From a virus (taxonomy: Duplodnaviria; Caudoviricetes), in IMG/VR virus record IMGVR_UViG_3300027759_003844, positions 1 to 64,000 of that record: a stretch of 64,000 bases of DNA; one strand, given 5' to 3'. Made by a program: the position numbers and the translations under genes. Positions 47,129 through 57,668 of the stretch are shown piece by piece. The notes under the pieces are model-generated. The model made no database searches. It saw only the letters and a list, made by a program, of their open reading frames with translations, and was not told the origin of the DNA. Within the stretch, counting starts at the first letter, position 1, and every line of letters starts with the position of its first letter.

Positions 47129-48333
47129 TCTTCTGCCCACTTTCCAGTCTCTAGATTCCATCTAAGATAAAAACCAAAATGCCCAGCTCTTCTAACCTTG
47201 CGTGACACAACCTGAAACACATCTGAAGAAGGTTCACGATGGATAGCTAACACAAGGTCGGCATCATAAGCTAACTGCTTACTCCATGCGACCTCTTCCA
47301 ATTCGGGCGGTCTCTCAGAGTGCCCCTCAGCCATTGTAACTGCTGCAACATCTATGATAGGGATGTTGTTCTTCACAGCCATGCGCTTAAACGCTTTAGA
47401 GAGGTTCTTAGCCTTCTCTGTTTCAGTTTTAGCACCACTAGAATCATCAAACAAGCCGTGGTAATCAAGAATTACCATATCTGGGTGATACTGATCAATC
47501 TTAGCCTGCACCATGTTCTGGTCTGCTGTTTCAAGACCTTCCGATGTTACAAGGTGGATGGCATGCTTGCCAGTGAAAGTAGCCTCTGCCCACTTCTCAT
47601 ACTTGTCTACGATAGCAGGGTTGGCTCGTACTAGATCGCTATTGGTGAAGTTACCCTCGCCGTTGTTTAGCAAAGTGTCTAGTCTTTGACCTTCCTGCAT
47701 CTTATTCATTTCAAGTGAAATGATCAATGGTCTATACCCTGCCTTCCAAGCATTAACTGCAAACAATCTTGCAATAAATGATTTTCCAACACCAGTCCAA
47801 CCAAGAAGAACAATAAAGTCTCCAGGTTGCCAACCACCAAATGTTTTATCAATTACATGGATACCACTTGGCACACCTTGCAATTCATCACCACCACGGA
47901 GGGCTCTTTCTCTTAAACTATCTGCTCTTTCTTTCCAGTCACCAGCCAAGTCTGTATCTTTAAGGCTACTGGAGAACTTGTACAGCCGAGATGTTTCTTC
48001 CATGAGAAAAGAGAGCGATTCTTTTGGACCTAACTCCCCAAGTATTGAGTGAGCTTTGGAAACAATAGTTCTTGTTTGATATGATAATGATTCTCGCTTT
48101 GCATCATCAAGATAATACTTCAAAGGCTCAGGAGTAGCGACAAACTCAAAGTCTGGGTGGTGATGCTTTACAGTATCCTTAGACGGAACCTTCTTATGTT
48201 CGTCAAAGTGACTGATAACAAAGTTCCAAATATCCCGATACTCAACAAACACATTTTCCGCACCTGCGTTTACTGCCTCGGCATAACCATCTTGATCAAT
48301 AATGCAGTTGAGTAATCTAATCTCATAGTTCAT
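47116..48333 (-). CDS. dnaB: replicative helicase
   Basis: GWTGVGKS Walker A, SLEM, ILDY, DAD. Confidence 0.92.
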   Translation of the reverse strand: MNYEIRLLNCIIDQDGYAEAVNAGAENVFVEYRDIWNFVISHFDEHKKVPSKDTVKHHHPDFEFVATPEPLKYYLDDAKRESLSYQTRTIVSKAHSILGELGPKESLSFLMEETSRLYKFSSSLKDTDLAGDWKERADSLRERALRGGDELQGVPSGIHVIDKTFGGWQPGDFIVLLGWTGVGKSFIARLFAVNAWKAGYRPLIISLEMNKMQEGQRLDTLLNNGEGNFTNSDLVRANPAIVDKYEKWAEATFTGKHAIHLVTSEGLETADQNMVQAKIDQYHPDMVILDYHGLFDDSSGAKTETEKAKNLSKAFKRMAVKNNIPIIDVAAVTMAEGHSERPPELEEVAWSKQLAYDADLVLAIHREPSSDVFQVVSRKVRRAGHFGFYLRWNLETGKWAEEWDI

Positions 48334-48635
48334 TCAGATTCCATTCTCTTTTTGGTTTGTTCTACTATTTCTTTAAAAGCGTTGACAGACTTAGATTCAA
48401 ATTTTGTTTTATCAACATATGATCTTGATTCTATCGCAAAATCAAATACCAAGAATGGTCCAGTCTTTGATTTTATAAATAATTGCACCGCATTGAACAA
48501 CTCTTCTTTTTTATAAAATTCAGCTAATGCGTCTGCAACAGATTCCTGTCTTGGAGAATCTGGAATAAAAAGCTTATTTGACTTTTTGCAAGATTCCTTG
48601 AAGAATTTTATTAGTTCTAGACCAGTTACTTCCAT
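48330..48635 (-). CDS. hypothetical protein
   Basis: coupled to the helicase gene. Confidence 0.7.
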   Translation of the reverse strand: MEVTGLELIKFFKESCKKSNKLFIPDSPRQESVADALAEFYKKEELFNAVQLFIKSKTGPFLVFDFAIESRSYVDKTKFESKSVNAFKEIVEQTKKRMESE

Positions 48636-48873
48636 TAGATTTCTTTGACTCCTTCCAAGTAAGCATTAGGAAATCATACTCTGATATCCCTGCATTAACT
48701 CCGACATAAGGTTTATTTTCCCATGCATTCAAGAAACATTCTACTCTTACTTTGCATTGTGAACAGCCGTGCTTGGCGTATTGTACATCTTCAATATCAT
48801 ACGATAGCCAAGCAATTGGCTGTTCATCATTTGCACAAACTGCAATTACTCGCCAATCACTTTGGGCTTTCAT
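48574..48873 (-). CDS. whiB: divergent WhiB-family protein
   Basis: WR..AVC...AK..C..C.VR.EC...GV.AG. Confidence 0.8.
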   Translation of the reverse strand: MKAQSDWRVIAVCANDEQPIAWLSYDIEDVQYAKHGCSQCKVRVECFLNAWENKPYVGVNAGISEYDFLMLTWKESKKSNGSNWSRTNKILQGILQKVK

Positions 48874-49069
48874 TATCTAGTTCTTGCAACTTGGCTTCAA
48901 TCTGGGAATCAATTGAAGCCCAAACCTTCGCCCATGCTTCAGGGTCGTTAGGATCTGATGCCTGCGTTCGTGCGCCTGCATCAAGCCTTAGTGATTCATA
49001 ATTACCAAGATTCTTGGTAATACCCAATGAAGCCCAAATTTCTGTGCCTTTTTCTTTATCTGTTGTCAT
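48857..49069 (-). CDS. hypothetical protein
   Basis: G.T.NLGNYESLR.D conserved phage motif. Confidence 0.75.
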   Translation of the reverse strand: MTTDKEKGTEIWASLGITKNLGNYESLRLDAGARTQASDPNDPEAWAKVWASIDSQIEAKLQELDNESPK

Positions 49070-49076
49070 AACATCC

Positions 49077-49511
49077 TCATCTATGAAGTTTGATTTTTTG
49101 ATCTAATAACTTTATTTTATTACTAACCCCAATACTACTTTGAGTAATGGGGCGACCTTGTGTTCTTTGATTGAAAAATTCAACCATTTCATATACTGCA
49201 CTCTCATCATAATACCTCCAGTTAGAATAGCCTGGATATTCATCTCCAAACTTACTAGCGGAAGGAATTAAATTCTTTCTTTCGTATTTCCTAAGAGTGT
49301 CAGGTCTACGCTCAACAATCTTAGCAACTTCACCAACAGTATACAACCTTATAATTAAAATTTCCGATTGCTCATATGGAATTGTTATAATTTCTTTGTT
49401 GGTTAGTTTTTCAATAAAAATTTTATTCTTGGGCTTAGAAATCTTTTTAATTTTGACAATAGACCCAGCGTACTTATAAAATTTATTTGCGATTGGTTTC
49501 TTGGATATCAT
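49077..49511 (-). CDS. MerR-type HTH DNA-binding protein
   Basis: YTVGEVA......TLR.YE...LIP......R.Y. Confidence 0.85.
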   Translation of the reverse strand: MISKKPIANKFYKYAGSIVKIKKISKPKNKIFIEKLTNKEIITIPYEQSEILIIRLYTVGEVAKIVERRPDTLRKYERKNLIPSASKFGDEYPGYSNWRYYDESAVYEMVEFFNQRTQGRPITQSSIGVSNKIKLLDQKIKLHR

Positions 49512-49701
49512 GGCGTTCCTCCACAGTTTTGAAATTCAAATACCGCAATACTTTATTTAACTTTTTGACTTCTACATCAATTGATGTAGCACATCTCAAG
49601 CAAGTCAGGTCAATATAGTTTTTCTGGAAAGCATAATACTGCTGACCAGTAAACATACGCCCAGCACAATGCTGACAATAGATACCAGTAGCTTTTACCA
49701 T
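49483..49701 (-). CDS. zinc-ribbon protein
   Basis: CQHC.GRMF...CLRC. Confidence 0.7.
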   Translation of the reverse strand: MVKATGIYCQHCAGRMFTGQQYYAFQKNYIDLTCLRCATSIDVEVKKLNKVLRYLNFKTVEERHDIQETNRK

Positions 49702-49702
49702 A

Positions 49703-50869
49703 TTAGTTTAACCAGCAGTTATACTCGGCTGTAACGATACCATTCTCAGGATGTACGAAATACAGTGACTGAGATGGTCTACCAGCAGCAGCAAGGACTT
49801 CTGCAGCATATGTATTAACTGACTCGGGGCTACCTGAAATTCTTAACTGAACAGTGTTGAATGTCATCTTGGTAGGAGTATGGAAGTGACCAATGAAGAT
49901 ATCATCAAAATCTTCATCCAATGCCCCGATCTTCCAGCCATACGCTTTCTTTTGGAAAGAGTGGAAGGCTGACAAACTACCGAATTGATCACCGTGACAA
50001 AGCATTGCTTTGTAGTTACCGATTGTATCAACGGCGTACCAATGTCTTTCACCACGACCATCAGGAATCTTAAACTCAACACGCTTTTCTTTTTCAAACA
50101 TTAATTGAGTAATACGATAAAGCATTCTGTCACCATTAGTCTCAGGGTCATGGTCTCGTCTTGCACGACCACCGATAGAACCATGATTACCAATAACACC
50201 AACAAATGTTACCTTCTCAAAATTTTCCAACATCTTGTTGATAAAATTCTTCATGATGCGTGGACCATCAACAGTAATTTGTCTATACAAACCACCATCA
50301 ACTAAGAATGATTGACCTGGAAAGATTAACTCACCTTCAATAATATCTCCTAAAGCCCAAATTCTAAGTTCCTTTACAGGGTGATCTTTTCTTTGGATTT
50401 CTGTAAGTTGGATTACCTTCTCAGCAAAAAGCTCAATGCGCTCTTCGCAAACTTTAGAGTTATAGTCAGGGGTGACTTTAGCAAGTTGCCAGTCTGCTAG
50501 AACTGCAACAGCGACTTCTTCGCCCTTGGTTTTTCTATCAAGCTTTGGCTTGTTTACTGGTACATACTTAACTGTTTCAATATCTTCTTTTACAGCACGA
50601 TAGATAGCACCAGCTAGATCATCACTCTTTGTTTTCAACTTTGTGTATTCGCTAAGAAGCTTGTTATAAGAAAGCCTCAATTCACTATCGCTTGACGGAA
50701 TTGCTCCAGTCAATGGGTCTGGTTGAATATCAAACAATCCATTATCCCTTCTATGTTTACATAATCCATTAACATCTATTGATTGACGACATAACTTGTC
50801 AGCGTATTTATGATTCGCTGTTTGTGGTTCAAACTCTATTCCACAACCTTCACCTGCACAAACTTTCAT
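49703..50869 (-). CDS. calcineurin-like metallophosphoesterase
   Basis: D.Q, LGD..EG, GNHG, HGD and GHFH motifs. Confidence 0.85.
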   Translation of the reverse strand: MKVCAGEGCGIEFEPQTANHKYADKLCRQSIDVNGLCKHRRDNGLFDIQPDPLTGAIPSSDSELRLSYNKLLSEYTKLKTKSDDLAGAIYRAVKEDIETVKYVPVNKPKLDRKTKGEEVAVAVLADWQLAKVTPDYNSKVCEERIELFAEKVIQLTEIQRKDHPVKELRIWALGDIIEGELIFPGQSFLVDGGLYRQITVDGPRIMKNFINKMLENFEKVTFVGVIGNHGSIGGRARRDHDPETNGDRMLYRITQLMFEKEKRVEFKIPDGRGERHWYAVDTIGNYKAMLCHGDQFGSLSAFHSFQKKAYGWKIGALDEDFDDIFIGHFHTPTKMTFNTVQLRISGSPESVNTYAAEVLAAAGRPSQSLYFVHPENGIVTAEYNCWLN

Positions 50870-50921
50870 AAGGACTCCTTTGGGTTCTTTACAGCATATC
50901 ATAAGGATATACTAAAAGTTG

Positions 50922-51347
50922 CTACGGGAGTCTTTTTTTAATAATTATAGCTTTTGATGCATTTTTCTTTTTAGTGTGAGGTTTTACTTTGTTAGCAGTT
51001 TCCCTCATTTTAGCACGATGAGTATCCGACATCTTATTCCCCTCTTTATGCAAGGCGCTATGCTCTTGAGGAGTACACAAAAATAAATTAGATAAACGAT
51101 TATCTACCTTGATTTCATTAATGTGATGGACAGTTTCCCACGGCTGAAGATACCTGCCCAAGTATTGCTCAATTACAAGCCTATGCTCATAAGTATAACC
51201 ACGAATGTTCTTAGGGTGATCTGGTTTTAAAACCCGAACATACCCCTTATCGTCAATATATTTTCCACCGTTGTAATTAGGACTGTCCTCTCCAGAAAGA
51301 AATTTGGTTGACCAGTCAATGTCTTTTCTTTTAGAAGCTAAACCCAT
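50922..51347 (-). CDS. HNH endonuclease
   Basis: EHRLV.E..LGR.L...E.VHHIN..K.DNR..NL. Confidence 0.9.
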   Translation of the reverse strand: MGLASKRKDIDWSTKFLSGEDSPNYNGGKYIDDKGYVRVLKPDHPKNIRGYTYEHRLVIEQYLGRYLQPWETVHHINEIKVDNRLSNLFLCTPQEHSALHKEGNKMSDTHRAKMRETANKVKPHTKKKNASKAIIIKKRLP

Positions 51348-51356
51348 TTTATTGTA

Positions 51357-52031
51357 TTATGCAATCCCGCCAACATCTTCAACATATAGCTGAAGTGGAA
51401 TGGTTCCACTAGAAACAATAACAGAATATGCTGGCAGGTTGGCTGTAGATGCGCCAGAGTTTCTATCCACAGCGGCGAAGAATGAACTATTCTGAAACCC
51501 AGAAACATTACTTGCTAAAACTACGGAGTACGATCCAGAACCAAACTTGGAATCATAAGCGTTATTACGCAAAGTGTTATTAGCAATTGTTGCGTTAGCC
51601 CCAGCTGAGACATCAATGTAAGTAAATGGTGGAGGAGTAAAAGAAAAAGTGCTAATAACAGTATTAGCCCCACCTGAAACGCCTGAGCGAAGAGTTAATA
51701 TATAGGTGCTATCTTCAGCACCCTTAGTATCAACTGTAAAGCCTGGAAAGTTAACTGTTACCCGATAGTAACGACTAACCCCGATAGTCACACGATTATC
51801 CCCACCACCAGTGCCAGAATCGTCTTTTAAGCTAATAATCTCATGAGCAGATTGGTAATCTTGGAATGGTCCAACTGTGCTAGTGACTGTTTTTAGTTTT
51901 TTAACACCTTGTGGGTTATCGTCAGTAGACTCTTTAACTTGTTGAATATTTGTAGACATTTGCTGAAGCCTGTCCCCTGTAATTGGGGTTCCATCAGTCC
52001 ATGAAATTTGTGTATAGTTCTCGTAAGCCAT
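51357..52031 (-). CDS. putative tail/virion protein
   Basis: beta-rich S/T/G composition; W.DGTPIT...L N-terminus; in the tail module. Confidence 0.6.
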   Translation of the reverse strand: MAYENYTQISWTDGTPITGDRLQQMSTNIQQVKESTDDNPQGVKKLKTVTSTVGPFQDYQSAHEIISLKDDSGTGGGDNRVTIGVSRYYRVTVNFPGFTVDTKGAEDSTYILTLRSGVSGGANTVISTFSFTPPPFTYIDVSAGANATIANNTLRNNAYDSKFGSGSYSVVLASNVSGFQNSSFFAAVDRNSGASTANLPAYSVIVSSGTIPLQLYVEDVGGIA

Positions 52032-52038
52032 TTATCTA

Positions 52039-53757
52039 TTATACCTTACTTTCTAGTTCTTTGACACGATTGTTTAGATCATGTATAGCTGATATTAGAT
52101 GAGGAATGAGAACAGTGTAGTCAACTGACGCATATCTTGGTTTTTGCCAAACACCCTCTCCAGGAACAAATTCATAAAAATCAGAACCAAATAGTTCCAT
52201 TTCTTCTAATGAAAAACCTTCTGGATGTTCCGAATACCTGTGAACCCACCCCTCATATGCATAGTCATCAATTACGGCTTCAGGGTAAAGTATCTTTAAC
52301 TCATCAGCAATAACTCCAACTCCACAACTGCGATCCTGCAACCATTGAGGTGCCTTTTCATTCCAATCAAATTCATAAGTATTTATAGAATAAAAATTAT
52401 CTAATACAGATGTTGAAACATTTCTTATATTATCCTTGACTCTTCTATCCGAAGTTATTGTGTTAGTAATGGTACCACTAACAGAAGCATCATTGTTTAC
52501 AACAAATGTCAATCTTCCACCAGAGTTTCTCCAACCAAATGCCATTGGGAATCCATCATGTGTTAAATTTGTTGCATTGTATTTCCAGCCAGATCCAGTA
52601 ATATCAACATAAGTAGGTTGAGCGCCAGTTACTATAGGTCTTATACTATATGCGTAATGACGATTATCTGAATCAATTGCAATATATGACCCTACCGCAA
52701 GATAGGCACTCGCATGCACACTGCCACCAGTTAAGTAGCTAAATGACCCACCATAGCTAACTTTCATTATTGAAGAGCTGATCTCTGAAGTCCAGCCTAG
52801 ATAGTTGACTTCAAAAACATTTTCGCTAACACTTCCGACTGCAGGATATAATGCTACATATCTACCAGCAGTGTCATTGTAGATACCATCAGAATCTATA
52901 GTCCAGGCTCCAATTGAACCATCAGCTGCATAAATAGAGCCATACAATAGGGCATTATTTGCAGATAGATTTCCAGATGCATCAACGCTAAAATTACCAC
53001 TTGATGTTGCGATTGAACCATCAGCAAAAAGTACAGTAGCACCACCACCAGAAGTTAGATCGCCATTAGAATCAATGACAAGTCCTGGGGTAGATAGTGA
53101 AGATGCTTCAATAGTGCCCGATATATTTGCACCAGTTGCAGATAAGACTCCAGCTGCGCTAACACTAAAATTACCATTTACAATTTTACCGTTGGCATAC
53201 AATGCAAAATTATCGGCAGTTAGATTACCAGCGGAATCAATATCAATACCTGGAGTATGAACAGATGCAGCATCTATTTGCCCTCTAATAAAGGTTGTAT
53301 CAAAAACAGCTTGACCCTGCCCAGATACAGCCCAGCCAACTGTACCAGCAGTAGTGATGACACCATTGGCGAGAACTGTCCCATCAAAGTTATTACTTCT
53401 AATTACATTATTAACAAGAATAATGTTTGCAGATAATTCATTTGCTGTTAATGTACCTGTCACAATAGAATTTGCTTCAATTGATCTTGAAACAATATGG
53501 GCAGAGCCATTTACCACTCCTGGCTGAAGAATTATGTTGGCGGGTTTCAACACCGCATTATTAACTGTATCTATAATAAAATTTTCAAATGAAACATAAT
53601 TTCTTGTTTGGTCTGCAATACGAGAAGGATCTCCGAAAATGCCCCACGAAAAGTCAAATAAAGAATACTTAGATGTATCAATAAAACTAGAGTTCTCTCC
53701 ATCATGAGAGTGACCACCCCGACCAGGATAAAAGTAGATAGTATTTTCACTAGCCAT
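52039..53757 (-). CDS. tail fiber with C-terminal intramolecular chaperone (peptidase S74)
   Basis: Gly-rich beta repeats; TSDRRVKDNI...GVIA.E...VDY...L..AI.DL. Confidence 0.85.
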   Translation of the reverse strand: MASENTIYFYPGRGGHSHDGENSSFIDTSKYSLFDFSWGIFGDPSRIADQTRNYVSFENFIIDTVNNAVLKPANIILQPGVVNGSAHIVSRSIEANSIVTGTLTANELSANIILVNNVIRSNNFDGTVLANGVITTAGTVGWAVSGQGQAVFDTTFIRGQIDAASVHTPGIDIDSAGNLTADNFALYANGKIVNGNFSVSAAGVLSATGANISGTIEASSLSTPGLVIDSNGDLTSGGGATVLFADGSIATSSGNFSVDASGNLSANNALLYGSIYAADGSIGAWTIDSDGIYNDTAGRYVALYPAVGSVSENVFEVNYLGWTSEISSSIMKVSYGGSFSYLTGGSVHASAYLAVGSYIAIDSDNRHYAYSIRPIVTGAQPTYVDITGSGWKYNATNLTHDGFPMAFGWRNSGGRLTFVVNNDASVSGTITNTITSDRRVKDNIRNVSTSVLDNFYSINTYEFDWNEKAPQWLQDRSCGVGVIADELKILYPEAVIDDYAYEGWVHRYSEHPEGFSLEEMELFGSDFYEFVPGEGVWQKPRYASVDYTVLIPHLISAIHDLNNRVKELESKV

Positions 53758-56700
53758 TAAGAAACACCTCGTAAGACTAAATTCTGCGTTACAGTATCAC
53801 CAATAGTTGTACTATGAGAAATCACCCAATAATCAGTATTAACTATGTCTAACGCATTAAGTGCCGTTATTCTAATTCTATCACCCAATTGAACCTTTGG
53901 CATTGCCGTAACTGATATATTAATAATTGGAACTGGTAGTTGTGTTTTTTCAATAATAAAATCAGCCAGTTTTTTTGCATGAACAGAGTCTGTAATGAAT
54001 GGGCTTTGAATTGTTAAATCTTTAATCCCATATTTTTTGATACTTGCATCTGTTGAAGCCGACTGTTCTTTAACTTGAGTATTTTGCTCAGTCATCTCAA
54101 CAGCAATGCCGCCAATTGTTGTTGCGTAAGGATACTGCGTTTCTGGGTTTGTACCCTGCAACCAAGCAAGCTTACCCTGCTCAACATCGGTAGTAGCAGA
54201 AACAATTAATTCAGCTCCATACGCATACGGTAAGTATCTGGATATTTCAACTCGGGCTGGAGAGTCAAAAAGAATTGCAGAAACAAACGGGCTCCTAATA
54301 TTATAAGCTGGAGACTTATCAAACTTAAGGTCGTAATATCTAGATTCTCTAACTTTTGTTCCCGAAGTATGAGCAGCAGCAGTCGTTTGAAATTGTCCAC
54401 GCTCTAACCCATTAAAAGACACCGCTGTTTTTGAGATGTACTTAATGATCTCATCATCAATTTTAAGATAACCAGTCTTTGGGTAAACTGGATCTAGCGT
54501 AGTAGAAACATACATAACGGAATTAGCCCCGCTTGCGTTACTTGCAAGATTTGCAGTAAGAGCAGTAACTGCTAATGAAGCGTTGTCTGGAGCTGTCCAC
54601 AAATTCTGCACCGTAGATGAAGATGTCTGGATAGCGCCCACTGGAACAATAACCTTGTTACACTGTAAAGAAACAACATAGTTAGCTTCTGTTATATTTG
54701 TTGAATCACTAATTGATGTTTGAATAACAGCATGTTGATTAATTGTAGGTTCAAAGAATCGGTAGTAATGCTCGTATCTTGCATGGTCAGTTTCATCTAC
54801 ATAAACACGACCCATATCAGCAAATGTAATCCCATCCATAATGCCTCTAATGGTATCCTCGTTGCCATACAAGAATGCAAATTGAGTAAGAGGTTGCATT
54901 TTTGCCTCAGTATATCTATCACTTACTTGAGCAGAAGTGAGGCATTCATTATAGATAGCAAACTCATCAGCATAAAGACTTCTAATAGTTGCTGGGGCTA
55001 CTTCTGCACCAGCCGTATAGGTTGCCCCTCTCCCACCAATTGTAATTGGCTTTGAAGCCCAAGAAACAATTTCGCCAGCGACAACCTCTGTGTCTGACAG
55101 AGCCCCATTAACATAATATTTGAGGCTCTCCCCATCAAAAGTAGCAACTAGATGTGATGCAGAAGAATTAGACAATGCAGTGTTAGAAGAAACAGTTTCT
55201 GTTGCAACAACAGAGTTCGCAATTGCTTTAACTTTAAAACCATGAGATGTAGAGTTATTGAAAAATTCAAAACCAGCAGTAGATGTTGAATTGTTCCAAG
55301 AACTCAAATATTCTCCATCACTACTAAAAGACCCATTGTGGAATTTCCCATAAAATTCAATTGACCATCTTGCATCAGCAGTCACATCAAGGCTTGCATC
55401 GCTCGGTATTCTAATATATGAATTTGATTCCAGCAAAACTGATTGATCATCTAGATCAGAAACCAAAAATGAAGGTTGACTTAATTTTGGTGAATTAATA
55501 TATATTGCATTATTCCTATGATTATTGGCATCAGCAACAGTAAGAGTTCTAGATGGGTCTTTAGTCCCGATACTATCCAGTGCAGCAATCGTGCAACACT
55601 CGTTTGCACTTACCAGAACATCTGACCCACCACTTAACGCTTTGTATAGAGTTATATCAAATGAAGCAACTCCGCCAGTGTTAAAAGAATGATAGAATTC
55701 AATTCTTATCTTTCTTGGAACACCAGCGGTAAGGTTAACAGTGCTTGACGCAAACCTTGTAGATGTTGTCGTTAGATTATAGCGATTAAGAATTATAATA
55801 TCATCTAAATAAACTCTAACCCCGCCATATGCTATTCTAATAATAATTTGTTGTAAACCAGAATCTGTTGGTATATAATACCCATCAAATACACCATTAT
55901 AATATTCAGAATAAACAGTACCGTCAGTGCCTGTAAAGGTATAATCATTTAAATCTAGAGCATATGCACTAGATGATGATATTGCTTTAGAGAGCGCCGT
56001 AATTGTTGGAGAAGTAAATTTTTCTACCTCAAGGGCTTTATCCATCGGGGACAATTCTTTATCAATGGCATCTGCCAGAATATCTTTAACGGAAACATCT
56101 TTCTTATTTGATGGCATCCCCCAAAACCGTGCCCTTAATCCAGTCGCTGGGATGATATTATTACCACTCCTATCAACAGTATCTTCATTAAAAGAATACG
56201 ATGCAACAGCTCCTCTTGCACGAGCGCCCTGTTTGTAGTTTTGCAATCTCTCAATATCTGCCTTTGGGAAATTTGCCCTTAATAAAAGATTTTCAACAGC
56301 ATCATCTGCATAAGAATTCTGTAAAAAGAAACCGTAGTTGATTGTTCGTTCAGACAAATACTTTGTCCAATCCTGTAAATTAGCACTCACTGTCATGTCT
56401 GTACCAATTGACCATTCATCAACATAGAATGTCCCATTTTTTACATATTCATAAATATCAAAACGAACAAGACTTCCAGTGCTGTGATTTTTAGCAACAG
56501 AACCACCATACCCACGCTCCAATACTGTTACAACACTAGAGTTAGACACTGAAGAACAAAGGATTACTTCCTCTGATTGTGTATCACGATCAATAACAAC
56601 AATAAATTCATTACCAGACCCACCAGTAGGAATATTGGATTTATCCAGAACAGTGAATGACATATCTGTATCAGTAATACTGCTAGTAATCTGAGTCTCT

Positions 56701-57668
56701 AAATAGGATGCATTAATATTATTACTGCTTGGTTTTTTAATTCTCCATCCAGTAAAGACCTCAACCTCTAAATCTTTTACCATATATTTACCATAAAGAG
56801 ATGATGTATTAAATAAATTGAAAACCTTTGTTGTATTATCTAATGTTAAATCAACAACAGCAGTCTCTGACCCGCCGATTGGCAAACTGGTGGAATGGAC
56901 ATCCCGAGTTCTATTCACTGAGTACGAAATAATGTAGTCACTAATATCTTCTTCGTACAAAGGAATGATTTCTTGGATTCTTGCATAATCTTGCGGATAT
57001 GAAGTTGAATGAATAATCACTTTAATCTTTGAAATATTCTGTGTTGTTAATGCACTTGATAAGATGTGGTCCATGTAATACCCACCAATAGGAATCTCTC
57101 CAACTTCACTCAAAACTAAATTTAAAGAACCATCATACGCTTCAACAGTATATGTTGATATTTGACCATAAAATTCTGATGTTACAATTCTAATTTTATT
57201 TACTTTTCTTGTTGTAAAAGTTGCTTGGATATATGGATCAGTAGTAAATCCATATCCACTATGTGTAGCGTGAGCATTAGAAGTACTTGTACTATTTGAC
57301 CACCATCCGAATTCAAGACTGCTTCCAATTTGTGTATTAGCCAAATCATTAGTAGTGAGCGATGGCATTGCATACCAACTACCATCCGCTTTAATCACAT
57401 CACCATTTATATCTTTAGCACCAGCAACTGCCCAAGTAAACGATTGTCTTTTAATTCCGTTAAAAGCTTCGGTAACAGGGAAGAAGAAGCCCCGAGTCGG
57501 GTAGGCTGTATTTGCAGGGGCATCGTTTGTTGTAACAACCAGGTTGTCAAGGTGACGACTATCCAGCCATTTGATAATAACTCTTGGCTTTATCTTCTGG
57601 GCTGGTGCAACAATCGCTGAATTAAATGAAGTAGAGAACTCCTTGCCATATAGTCCAGATGTTAACAT
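53757..57668 (-). CDS. large minor tail protein with PA14- and LamG-like domains
   Basis: GGVRVYLDD..IRIEFY (PA14-like); HLVATFDG...YVNG...DEFAIYN..LT (LamG-like). Confidence 0.8.
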   Translation of the reverse strand: MLTSGLYGKEFSTSFNSAIVAPAQKIKPRVIIKWLDSRHLDNLVVTTNDAPANTAYPTRGFFFPVTEAFNGIKRQSFTWAVAGAKDINGDVIKADGSWYAMPSLTTNDLANTQIGSSLEFGWWSNSTSTSNAHATHSGYGFTTDPYIQATFTTRKVNKIRIVTSEFYGQISTYTVEAYDGSLNLVLSEVGEIPIGGYYMDHILSSALTTQNISKIKVIIHSTSYPQDYARIQEIIPLYEEDISDYIISYSVNRTRDVHSTSLPIGGSETAVVDLTLDNTTKVFNLFNTSSLYGKYMVKDLEVEVFTGWRIKKPSSNNINASYLETQITSSITDTDMSFTVLDKSNIPTGGSGNEFIVVIDRDTQSEEVILCSSVSNSSVVTVLERGYGGSVAKNHSTGSLVRFDIYEYVKNGTFYVDEWSIGTDMTVSANLQDWTKYLSERTINYGFFLQNSYADDAVENLLLRANFPKADIERLQNYKQGARARGAVASYSFNEDTVDRSGNNIIPATGLRARFWGMPSNKKDVSVKDILADAIDKELSPMDKALEVEKFTSPTITALSKAISSSSAYALDLNDYTFTGTDGTVYSEYYNGVFDGYYIPTDSGLQQIIIRIAYGGVRVYLDDIIILNRYNLTTTSTRFASSTVNLTAGVPRKIRIEFYHSFNTGGVASFDITLYKALSGGSDVLVSANECCTIAALDSIGTKDPSRTLTVADANNHRNNAIYINSPKLSQPSFLVSDLDDQSVLLESNSYIRIPSDASLDVTADARWSIEFYGKFHNGSFSSDGEYLSSWNNSTSTAGFEFFNNSTSHGFKVKAIANSVVATETVSSNTALSNSSASHLVATFDGESLKYYVNGALSDTEVVAGEIVSWASKPITIGGRGATYTAGAEVAPATIRSLYADEFAIYNECLTSAQVSDRYTEAKMQPLTQFAFLYGNEDTIRGIMDGITFADMGRVYVDETDHARYEHYYRFFEPTINQHAVIQTSISDSTNITEANYVVSLQCNKVIVPVGAIQTSSSTVQNLWTAPDNASLAVTALTANLASNASGANSVMYVSTTLDPVYPKTGYLKIDDEIIKYISKTAVSFNGLERGQFQTTAAAHTSGTKVRESRYYDLKFDKSPAYNIRSPFVSAILFDSPARVEISRYLPYAYGAELIVSATTDVEQGKLAWLQGTNPETQYPYATTIGGIAVEMTEQNTQVKEQSASTDASIKKYGIKDLTIQSPFITDSVHAKKLADFIIEKTQLPVPIINISVTAMPKVQLGDRIRITALNALDIVNTDYWVISHSTTIGDTVTQNLVLRGVS

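Noticed and set aside
31691-48333. Inteins or introns in terL, recA, dnaE or dnaB
   Set aside because: Lengths are normal and the reading frames are uninterrupted, with no splicing motifs seen
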